Origin: Clostridia bacterium
GTDB lineage: Bacteria; Bacillota; Clostridia; Christensenellales; CAG-138
DNA: 64,000 nucleotides
Direction of reading: 5' to 3'
Assembly: GCA_036654235.1 (NCBI GenBank)
Contig: JAVVSK010000007.1
Location: 16,055-80,054 of the forward strand
Under the pieces are notes generated by a model. It made no database searches. It saw nothing but the letters and a program-made list of their open reading frames with translations, and was not told where the DNA came from. Position numbers and translations under genes: made by a program. Of the stretch, positions 54,645 through 64,000 are shown piece after piece. Every line of letters begins with the position of its first letter. The stretch's first letter is position 1.

Positions 54645-55883
54645 ATGGATGATAAAAGTAAAAAAAGCAATACGAGGATATATGCTCCGACGAATCCGAA
54701 CATGAATAAAAACGCAAAAGGCGAACATGTTCAGGATTCTTCGCTGTACTCGAAAAACGGGCGCAATTTAAAAAATGCGCGTACTGCCGCGCAATATGCT
54801 CTTGTTGCGCAAAAGGCGGGCATTAAAACCGAAAAACCGCGCGAATCATTATCCGTAAATACGATCTATCAGGGCCCTGCCAACCGTCAAAGGTCAAATA
54901 AAAAGCAAAACGGCGCGGAAAGTATTAAAAGCGGCGTCCCAAAGCAGCAGGGGATTTATTTAAAAGAGGCGAAACCTAATCAAGGGAAAAAGCCTCAGAA
55001 TGCACAAACGAAGCCAATAAGTCATCCGAATCGAACAAAAAAAGTTTTGAAAGCGAGCGGAAATTCTAAAATAACGCTCATGGATACTACGGAAATTAGA
55101 CTTAAAAAGCAAAAACTACGTAAAAGGCGATTAAAAGTATTTGCAATTGTTTTTGGAACGCTTTTAATATCGGGCGTGCTCATCTTTTTAGCGGCCGTAG
55201 CGCTTGAACTTAAAACGATAAGGGTGAATAATGGGACAAGCCACGAAGATGCTTATATAATAGGACTTTCAAAGATAAACGACGGCGAAAACCTACTATT
55301 AATAAATACTGATGAAGTAAAGGCCGCGATATCAGCCGACCCGATTTTACGAGTGACCGATATTAAAAAAATATTTCCCAACTCAATACTTATATCGGTT
55401 GAGGAGCGAAATCTCGTTGCTGTTATAGAAAATGGAGGGCATAAGGTCGGAATAGATATAGATGGAAACGTTCTTTTTATCGATAAAGGCAGTGATACAG
55501 AAGAAAGTCTAAAGGTATATGGTCTTGAAGCGGAGCCATATTTCATAGGTAAAAACATATTTGATAAAAACAATTTCACCAAAAACGCATTGTTTTTGAC
55601 GCTTTCCGCCATAATAGAAGATGAGAGGGGACTTATCGTAAAGAGCATCGATATTTCAAACCCACTTAATATAAAGATAGAACTTTCGTCGTCGCTATGC
55701 GTATTTTTAGGAGAAACGACAAAACTCGATGAAAAACTATTATTGGCTTTAAATATAGAAAAAAAGCTAGTAGCCGAAGGCATGGTTTTAGGAATTCTTG
55801 ATTTAAACATACCGGAGAAGCCGATATATTCGCCGGACAAATCGGAGCTTACGCCGAAGCCCGCGGCAACTCCCTCGCCCTAA
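54645..55883 (+). CDS. FtsQ/DivIB-like cell division protein with a long basic N-terminal extension
   Basis: About 165 aa of a K/N/Q-rich, low-complexity cytoplasmic tail, one TM (VFAIVFGTLLISGVLIFLAAVAL), then POTRA-like (IRVNNGTSHEDAYIIGLS...ILISVEERNLVAVIE) and beta domains. Confidence 0.7.
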   Translation: MDDKSKKSNTRIYAPTNPNMNKNAKGEHVQDSSLYSKNGRNLKNARTAAQYALVAQKAGIKTEKPRESLSVNTIYQGPANRQRSNKKQNGAESIKSGVPKQQGIYLKEAKPNQGKKPQNAQTKPISHPNRTKKVLKASGNSKITLMDTTEIRLKKQKLRKRRLKVFAIVFGTLLISGVLIFLAAVALELKTIRVNNGTSHEDAYIIGLSKINDGENLLLINTDEVKAAISADPILRVTDIKKIFPNSILISVEERNLVAVIENGGHKVGIDIDGNVLFIDKGSDTEESLKVYGLEAEPYFIGKNIFDKNNFTKNALFLTLSAIIEDERGLIVKSIDISNPLNIKIELSSSLCVFLGETTKLDEKLLLALNIEKKLVAEGMVLGILDLNIPEKPIYSPDKSELTPKPAATPSP

Positions 55884-56085
55884 GCGGGGAGAGGGGAAAC
55901 GCCGACTCCGTCTTCTGCTAAGTTAAAAGCACCGACAGAAAGTCCAAAACGTCCTAAATTTTTTGTTGGTATTTGACGATCAATATATGAGCGCCAAAGT
56001 ATAAACGTAATTGCGGAAAGTAAAAAATCATGCTATTATTAACAAATGTGAGACATTGTACCTATTTTGGTGAACGGAGGCAATA

Positions 56086-57273
56086 ATGGCGCTTGGCTTT
56101 TCGATTTTGGATATCGGAAGCGCTAAAGTGGTATGCTTAATTTGCAGCAAAGCGGGAAAGAACCGCTTTGTAGTCAATGGCGCCGGGGTTACCGAATATA
56201 AAGGTTTTAGACTTTCAAAGTTCTTAGATTCGGAAACTTTAAAGAAGGCGACGGAGGATGCAATAATAAAAGCTGAGGATGCTGCTAAACGCTCGGTAGT
56301 CGGTATTTTTGTTTCTGTCCCTGCCTCATTTTCAAGGATCGTTTTAAAAAAAGGCGTTTTAAGCTTTGCAAATTCTCACAAGGTAACTTATTCGGATATA
56401 GATAAGTTGATAGAAGCATCTATGCCCGAAGAAGATATTGATGGTTACACTCTTATGCATAGCTCTCCCGTTTCTTATATTGCGGACGGGGTTGAAGGGA
56501 GAGTTTTACCCGAAGGGAAAGGGACGTCTGAACTCGCTTCTGTAGTTGCCCATGGATACGTCGAAGATGAATTTAAACGCACTGTGTGCGAAATACTAAA
56601 GGATATGCAAATTCGTGCAGACCTTTATATAGATTCTGATCTTGCTTTAGCTTCGTTTTTGATAGATGCTGATAACTGTGAAAATGGCGCTATAATGATC
56701 GATGTTGGATATTTTACTACGGATGTATGCTATATATTGAATGCAGCTATTGTCGCCCGAAAAACAATAGAGGTGGGCGGTATGCATATAGCAAACGACC
56801 TTGCTTATGGGCTTGAGCTTCCTCTTGACGTTGCCGAGGGTATAAAGCGCAGATTCGTATTTGCTCTCGACTATGATAATAGCGTTGCAACTATAAAAAT
56901 TAAAGACGCAGGGATAGTCCTTGTTGAGGATGAAGCGGTAGCATTGATAATTGAGGCGCGAACCGAGGAGCTTATCAACCTAATAATGGAAACGATCGAT
57001 AGCTTTAACGTCGATTTGCATAGTAAGCCGATTTATTTGACAGGAGGGGGCATTGCTCTAATGAGGGGCACTAAGGAATACATGTCATCTATTATGGGAG
57101 TTCCAATAATAGACGATATGCCGAAAACGCCTATAATGAATTCACAAAACTATGCTTCGGCCTTTGCCGCGGCGAATTTTTTGGTTGAAAAGGACAACCT
57201 TTCGGTTGTTATGACGAGTGAACGCGACCACAATTCGCTCGGTCGCAGGATAAAGGATTTTTTCAGTAAGTGA
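56086..57273 (+). CDS. ftsA: Cell division protein FtsA
   Basis: Actin-fold motifs [20 protein letters not shown] and [11 protein letters not shown], with a C-terminal amphipathic tail [10 protein letters not shown]. Confidence 0.88.
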   Translation: MALGFSILDIGSAKVVCLICSKAGKNRFVVNGAGVTEYKGFRLSKFLDSETLKKATEDAIIKAEDAAKRSVVGIFVSVPASFSRIVLKKGVLSFANSHKVTYSDIDKLIEASMPEEDIDGYTLMHSSPVSYIADGVEGRVLPEGKGTSELASVVAHGYVEDEFKRTVCEILKDMQIRADLYIDSDLALASFLIDADNCENGAIMIDVGYFTTDVCYILNAAIVARKTIEVGGMHIANDLAYGLELPLDVAEGIKRRFVFALDYDNSVATIKIKDAGIVLVEDEAVALIIEARTEELINLIMETIDSFNVDLHSKPIYLTGGGIALMRGTKEYMSSIMGVPIIDDMPKTPIMNSQNYASAFAAANFLVEKDNLSVVMTSERDHNSLGRRIKDFFSK

Positions 57274-57284
57274 GGGAGAGAGAA

Positions 57285-58481
57285 ATGTTTGAATTAGACA
57301 CTGATATGACGGCTGGCAATCCGGCGCGTTTAAAGGTTGTCGGGATAGGAGGCGCGGGGAATAACGCCGTAAACCGCATGGTTCAATATGGGCTTCGCGG
57401 TATTGAGTTTATCGCTATAAATACGGATAAACAAGCGCTTTCGATTTCTCGTGCCAATCATAAAATAGTGATTGGCGAAAAGGTGACGAAGGGATTGGGC
57501 GCTGGTGCTGATCCTGAGATAGGGAAAAAGGCGGCTGAGGAATCGCGCGATTCTATCTTAGAAGCATTAAAGGGATCTGATCTCGTTTTTATAACCGCCG
57601 GAATGGGTGGGGGAACGGGAACGGGCGCGGCTCCCGTCGTTGCAGAATGTGCGCATGAGCTTGGAATACTTACGATAGGCGTTGTAACGAAGCCGTTCGC
57701 TTTCGAAGGCGCGGTTAGGATGCATAACGCTGATCAGGGTATCGCGAATTTAAGACCGGCGGTCGATACGCTGATAACGATACCGAACGAAAGACTTCTA
57801 AGCGTCGTCGGAAATGTTACTTTAAACGAAGCCTTTAGGGTTGCGGACGATGTTTTAAGACAGGGTATTCAGGGTATAAGCGACTTAATTTCAAAGCCGG
57901 GATTAGTAAACTTAGACTTTGCCGACGTAAGAACGATAATGCAACAGCGCGGGATGGCGCATATGGGCATAGGTATCGCTTCGGGAGACAGGCGCGCGGC
58001 GGAGGCGGCGCGGCAGGCTATTGCGAGTCCATTACTTGAGACGACGATAAACGGCGCGCGCGGCTTACTCCTAAATATAACCGGGGGAAGCGATATGGGA
58101 ATAGTAGAGGTTACCGAGGCGGCATCATTGATAACGGAAAATGCCGATCCAAATGCGAATATAATATTTGGCAGCGGTGTAGACGAGGAACTCGGAGACA
58201 GCGTTCGGATAACCGTAATCGCTACTGGATTTGATGTTCAGCCGAGTGACGCGCGGACGATAGGCGAAATGAAATGGGGTGCGGAGTTTTCGCATAATAA
58301 GGACAACGAAACGCCAGAAAAGCCACGGCTGAAACAGCAAGAAATTCCGATAGCGACAACAGAAAAGGTGCAAGGTGCGGTGTATCGCGACGGAAAGACA
58401 ATGAATCAGCCAAAGATGGGGCAAACACCGCCAAAGGAAGGTCTTGATCTTCCGGCGTTTTTACGCAACAAGAAAAAATAA
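57285..58481 (+). CDS. ftsZ: Cell division GTPase FtsZ
   Basis: Tubulin signature [24 protein letters not shown], and the C-terminal conserved peptide DLPAFLR. I chose the start at MFELD (57285) after GAGGGAGAG. Confidence 0.97.
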   Translation: MFELDTDMTAGNPARLKVVGIGGAGNNAVNRMVQYGLRGIEFIAINTDKQALSISRANHKIVIGEKVTKGLGAGADPEIGKKAAEESRDSILEALKGSDLVFITAGMGGGTGTGAAPVVAECAHELGILTIGVVTKPFAFEGAVRMHNADQGIANLRPAVDTLITIPNERLLSVVGNVTLNEAFRVADDVLRQGIQGISDLISKPGLVNLDFADVRTIMQQRGMAHMGIGIASGDRRAAEAARQAIASPLLETTINGARGLLLNITGGSDMGIVEVTEAASLITENADPNANIIFGSGVDEELGDSVRITVIATGFDVQPSDARTIGEMKWGAEFSHNKDNETPEKPRLKQQEIPIATTEKVQGAVYRDGKTMNQPKMGQTPPKEGLDLPAFLRNKKK

Positions 58482-58542
58482 CCAATCCTAACTTTAAAGT
58501 TTAATTTTCCGGGGTTAAAAGATATACAAAAGGAGAGATATA

Positions 58543-59244
58543 ATGATTTGTAAGAACTGCGGAGAGAAACAAAGCTCCGTGGCGTTGTTCTGTGGCGTAT
58601 GCGGAGCGCGCCTTGCTCCTTCCGATGAGGGCGCGGCTATAAAAGCCGCGCCGCCAGAGGTCAATAATATTGATTTTCGAAATGCCGTTTTGGAAGAGGA
58701 TTTAGTGGGTTCGAAAGAAAACCTTGACAGAGTTGACAATGAAAAATCGGATAAAGAAAATGAAACTCTACCGGAATCGAAAATTTTGGAAAACGCAAAG
58801 CCGGAACCGTCCGAAAATCAAAATATAGATGCAATGAGACTTGCATCTATGAAAGCGCCTATTAATAATAATACCGACGGACAATCAATAAATAGTGCTA
58901 TGCCGAATTTTTCAATGAAAGAAAGAGAAGACCCGTCTATTGAAGGTAATGCGCCGGATGAGGCATACGCTTATTGTAAAATACCGAATGTTCAAAAAAC
59001 AGCGCCCATGACTATGGGACAATATCTTTCCTCGCTTCTCATAATGTTTATTCCTGTCGTTGGTTTTATTTTTTCTTTTATTTGGGCTTGTTCCGCTAAA
59101 AACGATAATCGCTGTAATCTGGCGCGTGCCATTTTGGTATTGAAAGTAATATTCTATATTTTTGCGATAATTATTGCTTTAGGGTTTATGTTTTGGCTAA
59201 AACTTTATATAGCAACGAATGGAAACTTACCTTTCGCGCATTAA
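58543..59244 (+). CDS. Zinc-ribbon membrane protein of unknown function
   Basis: N-terminal CKNCG...CGVCG zinc ribbon, an acidic low-complexity linker, and two C-terminal TM helices. AAGGAG RBS, 61 nt after ftsZ. Confidence 0.6.
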   Translation: MICKNCGEKQSSVALFCGVCGARLAPSDEGAAIKAAPPEVNNIDFRNAVLEEDLVGSKENLDRVDNEKSDKENETLPESKILENAKPEPSENQNIDAMRLASMKAPINNNTDGQSINSAMPNFSMKEREDPSIEGNAPDEAYAYCKIPNVQKTAPMTMGQYLSSLLIMFIPVVGFIFSFIWACSAKNDNRCNLARAILVLKVIFYIFAIIIALGFMFWLKLYIATNGNLPFAH

Positions 59245-59397
59245 AGTATTTTTGACGATTTATAAAATTCAGAGCGGCGCTCTGTGTTCTAAAAAATCGA
59301 TAATGGAATTTGCAAATAGAAAAGTACGGCGTAAACTGCCTTAATAATAAAAAACGCCACAATAATAATGTTTCAAAATAAAAATAATGATGTCTGT

Positions 59398-59447
59398 AAA
59401 AATAAAAAAATACCGCCCTGTTGACCAATAAAGTTAGCAGGGCGGTA
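59398..59447 (-). terminator. Rho-independent terminator (minus strand), about 375 nt downstream of malQ
   Basis: Stem TACCGCCCTG / CAGGGCGGTA (59411-20 / 59438-47) is followed on the minus strand by TTTTTTTATTTTT. Confidence 0.7.
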
Positions 59448-59821
59448 CGCTTGTATAGAGCATTAGGATATCTGATTGTGAATTTTGCATTTATATCATA
59501 ATCAATAGCATTGGTATAAATATTGGTTTCAAAATTACCGAATACTTTTTAATATAATATATCATGTAAAGATCAATAAACCGCGGGAAGCATTTATTTG
59601 GTTAGGCAAACATTTTCATTTTCGTAGCGCATTTTAATGCGCCATGCATCATATATGATTTTAACAATGAAGATGAGATGTTCCGCGACACTGCTGCGAA
59701 GCGATATATAGTCTCGATATTCCTTCAGCCTCTTATTAAGGTAAGCAATAATCGCAATTAGCTATCATCAGTTCTTAGTTCTTCGGTCTTAATTTTTAGC
59801 CTTTATCATTTATAAGCGGTT

Positions 59822-61306
59822 TTATTTCAGACCGCGACCGTACAGCCTTACCATTCCGGCAATATTATAAGCAAGTCGATCGGTAAGAGCGTTGCTTTTC
59901 AAACGCCAAACCCAATTCCCCGAGGTCGTTCCCGGTGTATTCATTCGTGCATCACGCCCTAAGCCGAGAAGATCCTGCATTTGAGCGATAAATAAATATG
60001 CGACCGATGCCATTCCACCACGCAAAATCCCGTTCAGATAGCCCTCAGACTCGTTTAGACCGAAGTATCGCGACATATACACCATATTTGATCCGTCAAG
60101 TTCGGTCAGCCAACCGGAAAGAGTATTATTATCGTGCGTCCCCGTATAACAAACACAATTTTCCGTATAGTTATGCGGAAGATAGTCGCTGGGCGGTTCA
60201 TAATCAAAGGCAAACTCAAGAACCTTCATTCCAGGAAAACCCGAAAATCGCAGCATATCTCGGACTTCGTCGGTTAAAAGTCCAAGATCTTCGGCGATTA
60301 TTTCAAAACCGGAAAATTCATTTTTGAGCATATCAATAAAATCGCGGCAGGGTCCCTTTTCCCATGAACCATGTTCCGCCGTTTCGTCACCATAGGGAAT
60401 TGCAAAATAACTTTCAAAGCCGCGAAAATGATCAATACGGACGGCATCAAAGAGCCTTTGAGACTGACTCATTCGATTCTTCCACCATGAAAAACCGTTC
60501 TCTCGCATTTTATTCCAATTATATATTGGATTACCCCAAAGCTGACCGGTGGGAGAAAAATAATCGGGCGGAACTCCGGCAACTACGATCGGGCTTTTGT
60601 TTTGATCCAAAAGAAATTCAGAGGGGTTTGCCCAAACATCGGCAGAGTCGAGTGCAACATAAATAGGCATATCGCCTAAAAGACGAATTCCCTTTTCTTT
60701 CAGATATTCCTTAAATACCCCCCATTGCTCAAAAAAGAGATACTGAAGAAATTTTACGAATATTATTTCCCGGGAAAACTCATTCCGTGCATATGCGAGT
60801 GCATCAGGTTCGCGATTTTTATAAGGCGTATCCCATTCTAAGAATGACTTATTGGAAAAATGGCGTTTTATAGCCATGAAAAGCGAATAATCGTCGAGCC
60901 AGAAGTCGTTTTCGGCGGCAAATTGTTCGACTTTTTTTAATAAATCATCGTCCGCGCGCGAAAAAGCAATTCTAAAAAGAATATCACGACCGCGACGAAC
61001 GGATTCAAAGTTCACTTTTTCATTATTTGTACCAAAGCATATGTTATCAATTTCCGCCTGACGCAAGAGACCCACTTTTACGAGAGCGTCTAAGTCTAAA
61101 AAAATCGTATCACCGGCGAAAGCCGAAAAACATTGATACGGCGAATCTGAAAATCCGGCGGGCGTTATAGGTAGAATCTGCCAATATGAAACGTCGGCTT
61201 TACTTAAAAAATCAGCGAACTCAAAAGCTTCTCGCCCTAGAGAACCACAGCCAAAGCGCGAGGGTAGAGACGTTATGTGTAATAAAATTCCAAAACTTCT
61301 TTTCAT
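59822..61306 (-). CDS. malQ: 4-alpha-glucanotransferase (amylomaltase, GH77)
   Basis: GILLHITSLPS N-terminus, and the RIDHFRGF, LGDMPIYV, IIAEDLG and YTGTHDN catalytic-region motifs. Confidence 0.93.
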   Translation of the reverse strand: MKRSFGILLHITSLPSRFGCGSLGREAFEFADFLSKADVSYWQILPITPAGFSDSPYQCFSAFAGDTIFLDLDALVKVGLLRQAEIDNICFGTNNEKVNFESVRRGRDILFRIAFSRADDDLLKKVEQFAAENDFWLDDYSLFMAIKRHFSNKSFLEWDTPYKNREPDALAYARNEFSREIIFVKFLQYLFFEQWGVFKEYLKEKGIRLLGDMPIYVALDSADVWANPSEFLLDQNKSPIVVAGVPPDYFSPTGQLWGNPIYNWNKMRENGFSWWKNRMSQSQRLFDAVRIDHFRGFESYFAIPYGDETAEHGSWEKGPCRDFIDMLKNEFSGFEIIAEDLGLLTDEVRDMLRFSGFPGMKVLEFAFDYEPPSDYLPHNYTENCVCYTGTHDNNTLSGWLTELDGSNMVYMSRYFGLNESEGYLNGILRGGMASVAYLFIAQMQDLLGLGRDARMNTPGTTSGNWVWRLKSNALTDRLAYNIAGMVRLYGRGLK

Positions 61307-61311
61307 AATAA

Positions 61312-62667
61312 TTAATTTGTGGTGACGGCGGTCGGAGCGGTCTTAGAATTAAATTCAGCATTAACCTTTTCGACAACCTCATCCCATGTCAATCTTCCAT
61401 TTGTGTATAAAACCAACGCTTTCCCAAATGCCGCTTTAAAGTCCTCGGACGGAATAAGGGAATAAACCTCTTTTATGCTCTTAAAGTCACTCAAGTTTAT
61501 ATAGCGAATAATTTCGCTCGAAAGCGGATTATCGAGAGGTTTCGGAATAATTTCCGGTTTAGGTGATGTTATAAACGGAGGTGTAATGCGTAAATTTTTA
61601 GTCGCATAGCTTAGACCGTTTTGGTCGGTAAAGAGCCATTCCATAAATTTTAAAGATGCCTCCTTATCGGCGTTTTTAACCTTATCATTTACACAAAACG
61701 CCTGTTTTACGCTGATACATAGTCCGCGAGATGATTCATCATTCATCCCCATATAAATAGGAATAAATTTTATATCGTCCGAGTTGACCGTATTTCCCGT
61801 AATGTCAAGAATCCTTGATATACTAAAATCGCCGTTTTGTACCATTGCGCATTTTCCGAGGGCGAACTCAGCCATCGCGTTACTTATCGTTTTTCTTGAA
61901 AGCTGATTCTTAGGGGTAACCGAATTATCGGTATATAAATCAAATATGCTTTTATAGTTATCCTTATACTTGAATTCAAAATCCGGATACGTGTCGCGGG
62001 GAGCGGCATTGTCGATTTGATTTTGAAATTCATAGTAAAGAGGAATGTTGAAAAGTTGAGTGGTCAGAATCCATTGGCTTCCGGGAGAGAGAGGAGTAGA
62101 GGAAAAAACGCCATCTATTCCTATGAGCGCTTTATTTGCAGTCATGTCCTCGACAACGTTCTTTAGTGTATCGAAGTTTTTTATTTTTTCAATCGAATCT
62201 ATATCAGTTGTTTTCGTTGGAAGCGCAAAATACCTATCCATTATTTTTTTATTATAAATTAAACCAAAGCCTTCTATATCTATCGGGATCGCGGAAACAT
62301 TTCCGTCGGACTTAAAGGCAAAGGATTTATCGAATAGCGTTTGATAAAGTTTTGAATTTGTAAGGTCGTAACAAAAACCATAAAGGTTTTTGAGATCATA
62401 ATCGCTTCTAATAAAAAACAGAGAAGGAGCCGAGTCCCCAATGAGCATATTTTTGAGAGACGATTCATAGTCTCCCGATGCAACGGTCTTAACGCTTACA
62501 GCAACGCCCGTAAGCTTTGAATATTCTTTCGCAATAGCATTATACACTTCAGCGCTTTCTCCGCTTTCGCAAAGAATACAAACAGTACCCACGCTTATTT
62601 TCGAACAACCCAAAATGCATAGCGCTAAAGTTATGAGAGCGAACATGAGCGCCAAAATTTTTTTCAT
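61312..62667 (-). CDS. Carbohydrate ABC-transporter substrate-binding lipoprotein
   Basis: Lipobox ILGCS. 451 aa with the layout of a family-1 sugar SBP. It sits 5 nt upstream of malQ, and no permease genes are adjacent. Confidence 0.7.
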   Translation of the reverse strand: MKKILALMFALITLALCILGCSKISVGTVCILCESGESAEVYNAIAKEYSKLTGVAVSVKTVASGDYESSLKNMLIGDSAPSLFFIRSDYDLKNLYGFCYDLTNSKLYQTLFDKSFAFKSDGNVSAIPIDIEGFGLIYNKKIMDRYFALPTKTTDIDSIEKIKNFDTLKNVVEDMTANKALIGIDGVFSSTPLSPGSQWILTTQLFNIPLYYEFQNQIDNAAPRDTYPDFEFKYKDNYKSIFDLYTDNSVTPKNQLSRKTISNAMAEFALGKCAMVQNGDFSISRILDITGNTVNSDDIKFIPIYMGMNDESSRGLCISVKQAFCVNDKVKNADKEASLKFMEWLFTDQNGLSYATKNLRITPPFITSPKPEIIPKPLDNPLSSEIIRYINLSDFKSIKEVYSLIPSEDFKAAFGKALVLYTNGRLTWDEVVEKVNAEFNSKTAPTAVTTN

Positions 62668-63067
62668 ATACCAACCTCACTGATTTCTACTCACTGCCTC
62701 CCCCAACCAGTCTATATTCTAAGGGCGTATATAGTGATTTGTCAAACCGGAAGGGAAGTAAATAGCTATTGTTCACCCGAACGACACAAAAATGTTTAGT
62801 TTAAAAACCATTTTTTACCGTATAATTGCAAAAACATAGAGTCGTAAAAGAATAAAAGAAGCCCAAAAGCCACGAATAAGGTATCTGAATACCCATAAAT
62901 CGCATGCTGGTTCTATTTTAACTATAATAACATTATAAAAAGACATAAAACCAGCTCAAATAATTACTATATTTTTCAATCGAAATATTTTCAAGTAAAA
63001 AGGAGATTCTTATATAGACAATGCTTTTGGGGAATGATAAAATATGGGAAAGGAAGTGGTTTTTAAA

Positions 63068-64000
63068 ATGATTAAAGTTGCGAAAAATATTTATGAGGTT
63101 GGCGCGGTAGATTGGAACCTAAGAAATTTTCACGGGTATTCTACGGCGCGCGGATCATCCTATAACGCCTACCTCATAGTAGATGAAAAAGTTGCCCTTA
63201 TAGATACGGTAAAGCGCCCGTTTGCGGAGACAATGCTTTCAAATATACGCGAGATAATTGATCCCGGGAAAATAGATTATATAATTTCAAACCATGTTGA
63301 ACCGGACCATTCGGGCTCTCTTCCGGTTATAGCAAACGCCGCTGTAAACGCGAGGGTACTTACGTCGGACCCGAGCGGTCTTGCGGGGTTAAAAGCGTAT
63401 TATGGCGCGGACTTTGAATTTTCCCCTGTAAAAAGCGGAGACTCGCTTAAATTGGGGGTACATACGCTTTCGTTCGTGCAAACGCCAATGGTACATTGGC
63501 CGGATAATATGGTTACGTATTGTCCGGAAGAGAAGCTTTTATTTTCAAACGACGCATTCGGTCAGCACTTGGCTTCGTCCAAAAAGTTTGACGATGAGAA
63601 CGATTTTCCGATAATCATGGAGGAAGCTGCTAAATACTATGCGAATATAGTATTACCATATTCAAAGCAGGTAGAGGGCATAATGAAAATTGTGCGCAGC
63701 CTCGATATTGACATAATCGCCCCGTCGCATGGCATAATATTTAGAAGTGCCGCGGGAGCTATTCTCGATAAGTACGACTATTTTGCTTCGTCTGAATCGG
63801 AAAATAAAGCGGTTGTGGTTTACGACTCTATGTGGGGTTCAACGGAGAGCATGGCGCGTGCAATTATGAAGGGACTAATAAAAAGCGGCTTGACAGTTTC
63901 GTTGTACGATCTAAAATACAACCATATTTCGGATATAATAACGGACGTTATGAAGGCAAAATATGTTGCCGTTGGCTCGCCTACCCTTAATAATAATATG
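63068..64000 (+). CDS. Flavodiiron protein (FprA-type O2/NO reductase), 3' end outside window
   Basis: This ORF is absent from the ORF track because it has no stop in the window. The frame is open from the ATG at 63068 to base 64000. It has the metallo-beta-lactamase-like di-iron motif NHVEPDHSG, then the flavodoxin start KAVVVYDSMWGSTESMA. Confidence 0.85.
   Translation, partial: MIKVAKNIYEVGAVDWNLRNFHGYSTARGSSYNAYLIVDEKVALIDTVKRPFAETMLSNIREIIDPGKIDYIISNHVEPDHSGSLPVIANAAVNARVLTSDPSGLAGLKAYYGADFEFSPVKSGDSLKLGVHTLSFVQTPMVHWPDNMVTYCPEEKLLFSNDAFGQHLASSKKFDDENDFPIIMEEAAKYYANIVLPYSKQVEGIMKIVRSLDIDIIAPSHGIIFRSAAGAILDKYDYFASSESENKAVVVYDSMWGSTESMARAIMKGLIKSGLTVSLYDLKYNHISDIITDVMKAKYVAVGSPTLNNNM

Noticed and set aside
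59480-59770. A minus-strand open frame of about 55 codons (…AIIAYLNKRLKEYRDYISLRSSVAEHLIFIVKIIYDAWRIKMRYENENVCLTK) between malQ and the terminator at 59398-59447.
   Set aside because: It has no ATG/GTG/TTG start with an RBS at its 5' end and no motif I recognise. It may be a gene remnant or just the 3' UTR of malQ, and the evidence is not enough to call a pseudogene.
1-64000. Signs of a mobile element, prophage, defence island or CRISPR-Cas anywhere in the window.
   Set aside because: There are no transposase, integrase, recombinase, phage structural or cas-like ORFs, and no terminal inverted repeats flanking a gene block. Gene content and RBS style look uniform with the core genome throughout.

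Overview
The window looks like chromosomal DNA from a low-GC, spore-forming, anaerobic Firmicute of the Clostridia type. Supporting genes are spoVAC/AD/AE, lonB, butyryl-CoA pathway genes, butyrate kinase, a flavodiiron protein and a dockerin-bearing secreted enzyme. It is almost entirely coding and mostly core housekeeping. In order: (1) a 5'-truncated [FeFe]-hydrogenase-like gene, convergent with a tightly coupled five-gene minus-strand operon (polytopic membrane protein, DRTGG, PHP, P-loop, MutS-domain-V ATPase). (2) miaB-mutS-mutL-miaA-hfq-ynbB-like-uvrC. (3) A DUF5685-like / J-domain (Cys-string tail) / membrane-protein trio and an orphan binding protein. (4) thl-crt-hbd. (5) An amidohydrolase and a monocistronic, extremely Cys/Gly/Asn-rich small protein gene. 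(6) pstSCAB-phoU. (7) A CHAP + PG-binding + dockerin exoprotein, followed by about 0.9 kb with no ORF. (8) NusG-II/Gx-transporter pair, small alarmone synthetase, buk, a lipoprotein and mrp. (9) lonB-smallORF-spoVAC-AD-AE. (10) A GNAT gene, then a nuoE-like/GHKL-ATPase/2Fe-2S/nuoF-like flavoprotein operon with no catalytic hydrogenase gene. (11) A dcw cluster: mraZ-rsmH-ftsL-pbp-murE-mraY-[structured spacer]-murD-ftsW-murA-ftsQ-ftsA-ftsZ. (12) A zinc-ribbon membrane protein, malQ, a sugar-binding protein and a 3'-truncated flavodiiron protein. I saw no rRNA, tRNA, CRISPR array, transposase, integrase or phage genes, and nothing that looks like an acquired island. The most unusual items are the five-gene MutS-V/PHP/DRTGG operon beside the hydrogenase-like gene, the 104-aa Cys-rich repeat protein, the J-protein with a cysteine-string tail, the hydrogenase flavoprotein module lacking HydA, and a roughly 160-nt nested-hairpin element inside the dcw cluster. 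All family calls come from reading motifs in the translated ORFs. No database search was run.
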